Source of the DNA: an uncultured bacterium
GTDB lineage: Bacteria; CSSED10-310; CAZUFC01
NCBI GenBank assembly: GCA_964619725.1
Contig: CAZUFC010000096.1
Coordinates: forward strand, 1 to 32,550
Reading direction: 5' to 3'
Length of the DNA: 32,550 bases
Part shown: positions 7,897-15,415 of the stretch, piece by piece
Layout: every line of letters begins with the position of its first letter
How positions within the stretch are numbered: the stretch's first letter is position 1
Notes under the pieces: generated by a model
The model's input: only the letters and a program-made list of their open reading frames with translations
What the model was told of the DNA's origin: nothing
Databases searched by the model: none
Made by a program: the position numbers and the translations under genes

Positions 7897-9093
7897 TCAA
7901 TTTTTAACTTCATCCAGAAAAAGTATTTCTTTCGGATTCTCCAGCAGCAGTTGAGGTTTGCCACGGAACTCCGATACCTTGACCCTCGCCCTGAAACGGG
8001 CTCCCGTATCCATCATTTTTTCACCGTTTTCTACACCGTTGAAAATGCCGTCGTAAACGAAAAAGGTCATGGTATCCGTATCGTCCGTCACCTGCAGAGA
8101 CCGGCCCACATTCTCAATCTGCCTCGACTCGACCGTTTTTACCTCTATCACTGCCCAGCTTCCTACAGGCTTCAGCAAAATATCGCTCAAATATTCTCGC
8201 TTTTCCTCCAGCAAACTCTCGGTATTATATTCCCGTTTCTCCAGGAATACGAGATTCTCCGGATTTTCGGGGTTCTTCAACTTCAGTTGGCATTCTTCCT
8301 CGTAGCGGTCAACCGTTACGACCATTTCGAATACGCTGCCCGGTTCAAAGAGCATCTCCTTTGACGCTCCTTCCGGTATGCTCTCATACTGACGCTCAAA
8401 CAGACTCAATTCCATACTCGCATTTCCGTCCCTCAACTGAATGGAGTAACCGCTCCCGAACTGCCGGTGTCCAGTAACTTCAGCTTCAATAATATACGTT
8501 TCATTAACGTCGTCCAAAGTAATATCAGCCAGCTCAGCCTCTTTAACCTCGTATTTTTGCAGCATTTTCAGGCGAGACGGTATGCTGAGGAACATCGTCG
8601 CTCCCCATTGCTCGCTTATACTGAGATTCCCTATGACTTCGATCCTGTCTCCTATACCGGGAAAATCCTCCTTGAAGGCATCCCTGAAACGGTCCAGTTT
8701 TCCGAATCCTCCCAGAGATATCGTGCCCGTTCCGTCATCCAGCGTTAACCTGAAGGTGTTCTTCTCTTCCTGAACGCTGCTGCCGGTGACTATCCCCTGC
8801 AGCTTTACCAGAGCCATGTTATGATTAGCGCCTATGGTCCCTATTTCCATCGCCGGCACTTCGGACAATTTGGCCGCCAGCCACAACAGAACCAGACCGA
8901 CAATCGATCCGATCACGACGCTTCTTTTCACCCATCGCACATCCATTCTGTATTTCATTTCCGCCTGGCAATAAGGACAACGATCATACGCTCCTACATA
9001 TCGCCCGCAACTGGGACAATGCACGGCCTGGTCTTCCATCACCTTTTCGTGAAGCTTCTTTCCCGTATTTTCAACAGCTTGTTTTTCGTCCAT
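7897..9093 (-). CDS. Single-pass membrane protein with N-terminal Zn ribbon and three OB-fold-like repeats
   Basis: CPSC..CPYC, TM helix VVIGSIVGLVLLWLAA, and three OB-like repeats (LDDGTGTI..GDRIEVIG; LRDGNASM..GSVFEM; VTDDTDTM..GARFRARVKVSEFRGKPQL). Start moved to ATG at 9093, preceded by GGGGAGG. Confidence 0.8.
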   Translation of the reverse strand: MDEKQAVENTGKKLHEKVMEDQAVHCPSCGRYVGAYDRCPYCQAEMKYRMDVRWVKRSVVIGSIVGLVLLWLAAKLSEVPAMEIGTIGANHNMALVKLQGIVTGSSVQEEKNTFRLTLDDGTGTISLGGFGKLDRFRDAFKEDFPGIGDRIEVIGNLSISEQWGATMFLSIPSRLKMLQKYEVKEAELADITLDDVNETYIIEAEVTGHRQFGSGYSIQLRDGNASMELSLFERQYESIPEGASKEMLFEPGSVFEMVVTVDRYEEECQLKLKNPENPENLVFLEKREYNTESLLEEKREYLSDILLKPVGSWAVIEVKTVESRQIENVGRSLQVTDDTDTMTFFVYDGIFNGVENGEKMMDTGARFRARVKVSEFRGKPQLLLENPKEILFLDEVKN

Positions 9094-9165
9094 AAGAATC
9101 CTCCCCGGAACGCTTATGTTCGCAAAATTACGAAAAAAAGTCAATGCTTACGTCCATCCGGCGAC

Positions 9166-9194
9166 TTGACTGCCCTCCTCGCCTCGGTTATCTT
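9166..9194 (+). promoter_or_regulatory. Putative sigma70 promoter of HAD gene
   Basis: TTGACT-17 bp-TATCTT, ending 9 nt before the ATG at 9204. Confidence 0.5.
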
Positions 9195-9203
9195 CTCCAT
9201 ACC

Positions 9204-9851
9204 ATGATTCGAGCTGTTATATTCGATATGGACGGCGTTATTTCAGATACTCAAAAACTCCATTCAAAGGTCGATTCCGATACCTTGAGGAAACTGGGCA
9301 TCGATATTTCGCCTGAACATATCACAAGACATTACTCCGGTGTCCCGACCAGCGACTTCTTCCTTGATATCCTCAGGCAATACGAGATGGAAATCGATAT
9401 AAAAACGCTCATGAGTGAAAGATGGGAAAACATCTACGAACTGGCCGAGAATGGAATATATCCCATTCCCGGGTCCAGGCGCCTTATTCAATCACTCCAT
9501 GCTCATCATTATAAACTGGCCGTCGCTTCTTCTTCATCCCATAAATTCATCCGCATGGTCCTTGCACATCTGGACCTCATTCAATATTTCGATGCCCTGA
9601 CAAGCGGAGATGAAGCCCCGAAAGGTAAACCCTCTCCGGATATATTCCTCATTACCGCCCAAAAATTGTCCGTCCCTCCCTCTGATTGTCTCGTGATCGA
9701 GGACGGCCTCAGCGGCATGAAAGCAGCCTCGTCCGCCGGCATGAAATGCGTGGGCCTGGTCCCAAAAGATGAAGCTCGACGATATCCCGCCGATTCAGTC
9801 GTTCACAGCCTCCTGGACGTTACCGTGGAAACAGTGGAAAACCTCGGATGA
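9204..9851 (+). CDS. HAD family phosphatase (beta-phosphoglucomutase/CbbY-like)
   Basis: MIRAVIFDMDGVISD motif I, VASSS, KGKPSPDIF, VIEDGLSG. Start moved to 9204. Confidence 0.92.
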   Translation: MIRAVIFDMDGVISDTQKLHSKVDSDTLRKLGIDISPEHITRHYSGVPTSDFFLDILRQYEMEIDIKTLMSERWENIYELAENGIYPIPGSRRLIQSLHAHHYKLAVASSSSHKFIRMVLAHLDLIQYFDALTSGDEAPKGKPSPDIFLITAQKLSVPPSDCLVIEDGLSGMKAASSAGMKCVGLVPKDEARRYPADSVVHSLLDVTVETVENLG

Positions 9852-10108
9852 TTTCATTTTTAACACATAAAACGGACCTACAGCGCAAAAGACCGTTCAC
9901 AGGGCTTTTACATATCTTTTGCAGGATATTGCTTCCGGCCCTTCCGCAACCCTTCAAACCCTGTTGATGGGGTTAGTCACCGTTAATTAATGACTGACTT
10001 GTTCAACCCTATTCGAATATTGCCTTTTAACTTGATTTGTTGTATTAGTCGAACGGGTTGAAGGAGAAAGGATCGGTTTAATGACAGAGGAACCGAAAAG
10101 AGATTGAA

Positions 10109-12451
10109 ATGCTGATCGAAAAAACGAACCGGCTTAAGAAAACAACTCCTGAGGCGTTTATTCAAAAAGCGGAAGCCTGGGCTCATATAATTGCTGAGGG
10201 TATCAAAAGCAAAAATGATCCTATAGCCCCAGAACATGCTTTCATAATCGGCCGAGGCATCATCCAACAGATCATCTGTTTGAGATTATGCGAAGAGATG
10301 GGAATGGAGGCTGCCGGACAACTCAAGTCACTCAGTCGTAAAACCGACATATTCCTCAAATTGCAGCAGATATCCGGCAAAGCGGCGAAACGCTATCACA
10401 GTGAGGCGTTCAATATTCCCGAAAATAAGTCTTTATGGGACGCATGCGGTTTTAACGCGCGAAAAGCGATGATAGACGATTCGGTTCTCAGCGATTTATT
10501 AAACACTCTGTATAGTAATGAGAACACGTTTGAATTTTCCAGTCTTTCAATAAATATTCCGGGCGTTCTTCACGAGTTTTTTATTGAAAAGGAAGGCCGG
10601 CACAAACAATTTGCCGGAGAGAGAAACAAAATCAGGAGGAAGCGAAAGCGCGACGGAGTTTTTTACACGCCGGATCATATCGTTCGGTATATATCGGAAG
10701 AAACGTTGAGCCGGTTGTTGGGCAGCAGTTTTCGAGTCGGAACTTCGGACGAACGGAAACCGGCAGTGCTGGACCCGGCATGCGGAGCGGGCTGGTTTCT
10801 TGTTCAGAGTTACCGGTATTTATTGGATCGTCATAGAACATATTATCTTCAGGAACCTGCGAAGTGGTCGCAGAGAGGAATCGGGCGTTTGAGGCGCCGT
10901 CAATCGGGGTGGGAATTGACTTTCAGGGAGCGAGCACGCATTCTTGTCGATCATATCTACGGCGTCGACCTGGACCCCCGGGCCGTTGAACTTACGAAGC
11001 TTTCACTGATATTCGCGCTTTTTGAAACGTCAAGAAAAATAGGGATACCCCGGAATTCGCTGTTCGGCGATTACTATGCTGGGCCGGTCCCAGATTTAAG
11101 GAACAATATTAAATGCGGCAATTCGTTGATTGAGTCTGACTATTTTTCCGTTTCAGGAAATCTCTTCAAAAAGAAGATGAAAGACGACATGAAAGTTTTC
11201 GATTGGAAAAAAAGGTTTCCGGCGATCATGAAATCAGGAGGATTCGACGCGGTGATGGGGAACCCGCCCTGGGGCGGCGATATCGATTCATACTTGGAAT
11301 ATTTACACGTCAGGTACCGGGCGAGCTCACGGGGACATACGGATATATTCAAGTGCTTTATTGAAAGAAGCGTTAATTTGACGAAAGAAAACGGTTTTTT
11401 GTGCATGATCACGCCGGCCGCCTTATTACGTCAGAGACGATTTTCAGATATCCGGTCATTCCTGATGAAATACAAAATACACGAAATAATCCAACTGGGT
11501 GACAACGTGTTCAGAAACGTGACCGCTCCAAGCTGCATATTTCTAATGGAAAAAAGCATCCGGCAAGGAAACGAAAAAACGATTCTTTATGATCTGAAAG
11601 ACCTTTTAAACACCGAAAGAAAAATAGCTCTGCAAAAACGTAAAATGAAAGGCATCGCATCTCATCAGAGTCGATTTATAGAAAATCCGGACTTCGCTTT
11701 TGGGGAGATGAAGAGGCATTATACGGCTCTTTCCGTCCCTTTGGGACGTCTGGACGCGCTGTCTTGCAGAGACGCCGGCATAAATTATCAGAGGAAAAAT
11801 GTGGGCATGCAGGAAAAGGGATACGGGAGTCTTTCTAAAAGACTGCTTTATGAAGGCGCGCAAGAGAAAACTGAGGACATGATGTACTGGAAAGGATCAG
11901 ACATAAATCGCTACTGGATAGCCGAAACCACGAATCGTTTCTGCAGGACAAATTACAGGGAGTTTACAGGTTCCAACGAAACCGTGACGCTGAACAGGAA
12001 AGTATTTGAAACCGCGCCGAAAATTCTCATTCGTCAAACAGCAGACAGGATCATCGCTGCAGTCGATTATAGGGGCATATGGTTCGGAAGGAGCCTGATC
12101 GCCATATTGCCCGCCCGGAATTCCCCTTACAGCATAGAATATTTCCTTGGACTGTTGAATTCGCAGCGCTTTAACGATATGTATCAGGAGCTTGTCGATG
12201 AATCGGGGCGCGCTTTTCCCCAGGTCAAGCTGTCGAAAATCAAGCAATTGCCGGTCAGAACAATCGATTTCGAGAATCCGTCAGAAAAAAAACTGCACGA
12301 CGATATGGCGAATTGTGTGAAAAAAATTATCGCCTTTAAGCGTAAGCAGCGCGCTCCAGGTGAAAAAGCGAGTGCCGGAGGCCTCAAACAAGAGATTGAA
12401 TCGTACGAAAAAAAAATAGATGCCCTGACGTATGCTCTGTACAACGTTTAA
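10109..12451 (+). CDS. N6-adenine DNA methyltransferase, Eco57I/type IIG-like with TaqI-like specificity domain, no N-terminal endonuclease domain
   Basis: GVFYTP, VLDPACGAGWFL, IYGVDLD, NIKCGNSL, GGFDAVMGNPPW, KILIRQT, YFLGLLNS, C-terminal IDALTYALY. Confidence 0.88.
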   Translation: MLIEKTNRLKKTTPEAFIQKAEAWAHIIAEGIKSKNDPIAPEHAFIIGRGIIQQIICLRLCEEMGMEAAGQLKSLSRKTDIFLKLQQISGKAAKRYHSEAFNIPENKSLWDACGFNARKAMIDDSVLSDLLNTLYSNENTFEFSSLSINIPGVLHEFFIEKEGRHKQFAGERNKIRRKRKRDGVFYTPDHIVRYISEETLSRLLGSSFRVGTSDERKPAVLDPACGAGWFLVQSYRYLLDRHRTYYLQEPAKWSQRGIGRLRRRQSGWELTFRERARILVDHIYGVDLDPRAVELTKLSLIFALFETSRKIGIPRNSLFGDYYAGPVPDLRNNIKCGNSLIESDYFSVSGNLFKKKMKDDMKVFDWKKRFPAIMKSGGFDAVMGNPPWGGDIDSYLEYLHVRYRASSRGHTDIFKCFIERSVNLTKENGFLCMITPAALLRQRRFSDIRSFLMKYKIHEIIQLGDNVFRNVTAPSCIFLMEKSIRQGNEKTILYDLKDLLNTERKIALQKRKMKGIASHQSRFIENPDFAFGEMKRHYTALSVPLGRLDALSCRDAGINYQRKNVGMQEKGYGSLSKRLLYEGAQEKTEDMMYWKGSDINRYWIAETTNRFCRTNYREFTGSNETVTLNRKVFETAPKILIRQTADRIIAAVDYRGIWFGRSLIAILPARNSPYSIEYFLGLLNSQRFNDMYQELVDESGRAFPQVKLSKIKQLPVRTIDFENPSEKKLHDDMANCVKKIIAFKRKQRAPGEKASAGGLKQEIESYEKKIDALTYALYNV

Positions 12452-12812
12452 GCTTCACATATCCTGACATTGACCGATAAAAAATTGTGAAATGTTTGAC
12501 GAAAATTCAGCAATCGATCAAAAAAATTCAAGTAAAACAAAGTCCCCCCGCCTGCGGGTCCGTTGATTTAATTGAAAATGAAAGCCCTTAAAAATCATTA
12601 GACATCATCTCTCAAAATCTTTTCTTATTTCCATGGTTCGCATCGAATTTCGATTAAATCAACGCTCTTCTACCGGATATAGGGGAGGCTAAAAACTGCA
12701 CAATTTTTATGCCGAGACTCAGTCTAAAAAAGTCAATTGATTTCAATATTTTAGGTTGTCCTTATCAGGAGTTCTGAACTTAGGCATTTTCGGTAATGTC
12801 GGTTAAAATTCG

Positions 12813-13228
12813 GGCATTGATCAAATATCGGTGTTTTGAAGTTACGATTCGGGCAGTACACGTAATCTGCAAAAGGCCGGGAGAGATCATAAATTCAGGC
12901 ATTGATCAAAAAAGCCTCTTTTGAGGTTACAATTCTACAGAATCGTCTGTCATTTTGTTTCTATTTGGACCACAATTGCGATACCGATGCCGATACCTAT
13001 TGCGATACCAACCCAGATATAGATACCGATACCGATTACGATACCGACACCGACCCGATTGCGATGTCTACACAAATTGTCAAAAGTTTTGAAAGAATTG
13101 CAACCCCGGCTTGATCAGTCCCTAAATTCAATACGCATTTGCTGTCCCGCAAGAAGAAAAACAACCCCCTGTACGGCAATTCGAGTTTTTTTGTAGAGAC
13201 AAATTGTAATCGGCGTCTGAGCAGTCCC
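12813..13228 (+). mobile_element. MITE-like element, subtype B, interrupted by a nested subtype A copy
   Basis: Starts GGCATTGATCAAATATC and ends CTGAGCAGTCCC. With 12898..13130 removed it aligns without a gap to 5116..5245. Confidence 0.72.
12898..13122 (+). mobile_element. MITE-like element, subtype A, with 8-bp target-site duplication TAAATTCA
   Basis: GGCATTGATCAAAA...TTGATCAGTCCC with TAAATTCA at 12890-12897 and 13123-13130; GATACC-type array at about 12979-13065. Confidence 0.85.
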
Positions 13229-13247
13229 GCTTTTCCAAAGGTCTCTA

Positions 13248-15083
13248 TCAACGGAAAAAGAAAATATCGCAGTCGATGGAGAAAATGGAGAATGTTCCTG
13301 CTTCGGTCACGGCAGCCCATAGTCTGAAGGGGCCCATAGGGACGACGAAGGGGACCTGGAATCGGAGCGGCGTATGAGACAATGCTTCTCCAGCATGCAA
13401 ATCTCTCGTCATGAAATCGATATTGAGTCCCCAGGAGGGCCAGAAGTAATATTGAAACGGACCGTATTGAGGACCTAAATCCAGAAAGATGTATTCATCG
13501 ACTGAAATGGCCGGACCGGGATTCTCAATAGTAACGCTATAGATAAACTCATCGTTGAAACTGAAGTACTGTTGATTTAATTCGCCTGTTATGACCGGTT
13601 CAGTAATGAGTGTCGGGCGGGGCGATGGTGTTGATGTCGTATGGAATGTCGGGGACGGCGGTTCGGTGGGAACGAAAGATGTCGGCGAAGGAGTTTCAGT
13701 GGGCGTTTCTGTGGGGATGAAAACGGTGGGAGTTCTAGTGGGGGTTCTTGTCGGGATATGAATCGTGGGCGTATACGTGGGAGAACGCGTCGGCGTCCCG
13801 GTGTAACTCGGCGTTATTGTCGGCGTTCTGGTGGCTGTTCTCGTGGATGACGGCGTTCGAGTGGGCGTAGAGGTCTCCGTAGGCTGAGCGCTGGTCGACG
13901 TTGGCGTTATTGTCGGCGTGTACGTCGCCGTTCCTGTGGGATGCGTTGCCGTCGACGTCGGAGTAGCGGTCCCGCCGCCTCGTATGTAAGGACCGGCGAA
14001 CCCGGCGTCCCCCGCGAACCTCATGCAATTATTCGATCCAGCGCACGCTGGATAATCAGCCTGAGCCTGGTCGAAAGCATCCTTGACTGTCCACCCGGCG
14101 TTCATCCGGCTGAACAGACTGTTCTGCCAGCTTATGGAATAATCCCAGCACGTATCGCAGTAATATTCTGACATCCCGCAATACCCAACCGTAACCGCAT
14201 CCTGACTTGATCCTTTCCTGAACACGTAAGAAAAGGTCCCGTTACCCACCGAACACATGCCTTCGCAACTGCCGATAAATGTGAAAGGCATTTTCGGGTA
14301 GGAAGAAATCCAGCTTTCCACTTCGCTCGAATAGGTATACTCAAAAGCGCTGCCCCCGCTGCATCCGCTTGCGAAATAGGCGCTGCCGCCGTGCGCCAAC
14401 TCGTAAAACATCCCGACCGTATTGTTCTGTATTCGACTCGCCACCTGCGCCTGAGTCGGCCATACTATCTCCTCACAATTGTAACCCATCGTATTGAACC
14501 ATTCCTGGGCATTCCCCGACCAGGAACTCCACGATCCCGAACAAGGATAATCATACCAGGGTCCCGTCAAAGCGAATCCTTCATAAGGAGGCGCTATCCC
14601 ATCTCCCAGATACTCGCCGGTTACCGCATCAATCACTTTTATCCTTATTGCCCCTTCTTCCTTACATCTGACTACCCAGCATGGATTCTTCGGAGCCGGA
14701 TCAATCGGATATACGTCGGAATCCGGAGAAATCATCTTCAAAATTGAAAAAAGAGTCCGGCCGCCGGCCAGCCATTCAGCATCCGCCTGCGGGACGCGAA
14801 TATCAAAATGCTCCGGCAAATCCTTACGATGCCTTATATCCCGCTTCAGCAACTCGCCCGTCTCCCTGTGAAAATGATACAAATCATAATCCTTTTCTAT
14901 TACCGCTCCATCAATCATTCTCTGACGGAAAAAAACTATTTTTTCTCCGATATCCAGACGCTTGAATGCCTTATAATCCTCCTCATAAGGCTCTAAAAAC
15001 CCATATCCGCCCGATGCCGCGCCGGCCGCAATCAAACACAGCAAAAAATAAATTGCTGAAAAAACGCCTGTAAATTTTTTCAT
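13248..15083 (-). CDS. Secreted putative clan CD (gingipain/caspase-like) cysteine protease with PepSY-like propeptide, Pro/Thr linker and C-terminal domain
   Basis: Signal peptide; CWVV..IDAVTGE (PepSY-like); FYELAHGG and FTFIGSCEG as His/Cys dyad; ~120 aa TP/PT repeats; C-terminal domain with YYFWPSW. Confidence 0.62.
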   Translation of the reverse strand: MKKFTGVFSAIYFLLCLIAAGAASGGYGFLEPYEEDYKAFKRLDIGEKIVFFRQRMIDGAVIEKDYDLYHFHRETGELLKRDIRHRKDLPEHFDIRVPQADAEWLAGGRTLFSILKMISPDSDVYPIDPAPKNPCWVVRCKEEGAIRIKVIDAVTGEYLGDGIAPPYEGFALTGPWYDYPCSGSWSSWSGNAQEWFNTMGYNCEEIVWPTQAQVASRIQNNTVGMFYELAHGGSAYFASGCSGGSAFEYTYSSEVESWISSYPKMPFTFIGSCEGMCSVGNGTFSYVFRKGSSQDAVTVGYCGMSEYYCDTCWDYSISWQNSLFSRMNAGWTVKDAFDQAQADYPACAGSNNCMRFAGDAGFAGPYIRGGGTATPTSTATHPTGTATYTPTITPTSTSAQPTETSTPTRTPSSTRTATRTPTITPSYTGTPTRSPTYTPTIHIPTRTPTRTPTVFIPTETPTETPSPTSFVPTEPPSPTFHTTSTPSPRPTLITEPVITGELNQQYFSFNDEFIYSVTIENPGPAISVDEYIFLDLGPQYGPFQYYFWPSWGLNIDFMTRDLHAGEALSHTPLRFQVPFVVPMGPFRLWAAVTEAGTFSIFSIDCDIFFFR

Positions 15084-15182
15084 GATTATTTCCTACCCAT
15101 AAAAAACATTTAACGCAGTTTCACAATCTTTACCCAATCCTTGTTGTATTCAAATTCGCGGTTGATGTCAAACAGCAGTTTC

Positions 15183-15198
15183 TTTTTTGATCAATGCC
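15183..15198 (-). repeat. Solo terminal repeat of the MITE family
   Basis: TTTTTTGATCAATGCC is identical to 18911-18926; no partner end recognised nearby. Confidence 0.6.
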
Positions 15199-15415
15199 AA
15201 TTTTACCCGTGAAATTTCGGCAGATAAACGGGAGGCAAAAAGCTTTGCCCCAATTCGATCCGTCCTGCCAAAATGAACATTATGCTTTGAATTTTGCATA
15301 TCGCTTTTTTTTATGATATTTCTGTCAATGGCCTAACCGACGTTATAAGAAAAACTTCGGTTGAAACATAAAGGGTTGAAACTTTACAAGAAATATTTTT
15401 CATCAGGAATAAAGC

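Noticed and set aside
12680-12805. Possible IS end or dif-like site (GAGTTCTGAACTTAGGCATTTTCGGTAATGTCGG)
   Set aside because: Poor match to XerC/XerD arms, no second copy in the window, and a chromosomal dif is not expected near oriC.
12979-13065. Possible CRISPR array or iterons
   Set aside because: 6-bp degenerate tandem units with no unique spacers, and no cas or rep gene.
12902-13114. 70-aa ORF with DTDADT repeats
   Set aside because: It lies wholly within the MITE; the repeat peptide is just the translated hexamer array, and it has a TTG start with no RBS.
13620-13975. DNA-level repeats (GGCGTTATTGTCGGCGT twice)
   Set aside because: Explained by the Pro/Thr linker codons of the secreted protein.
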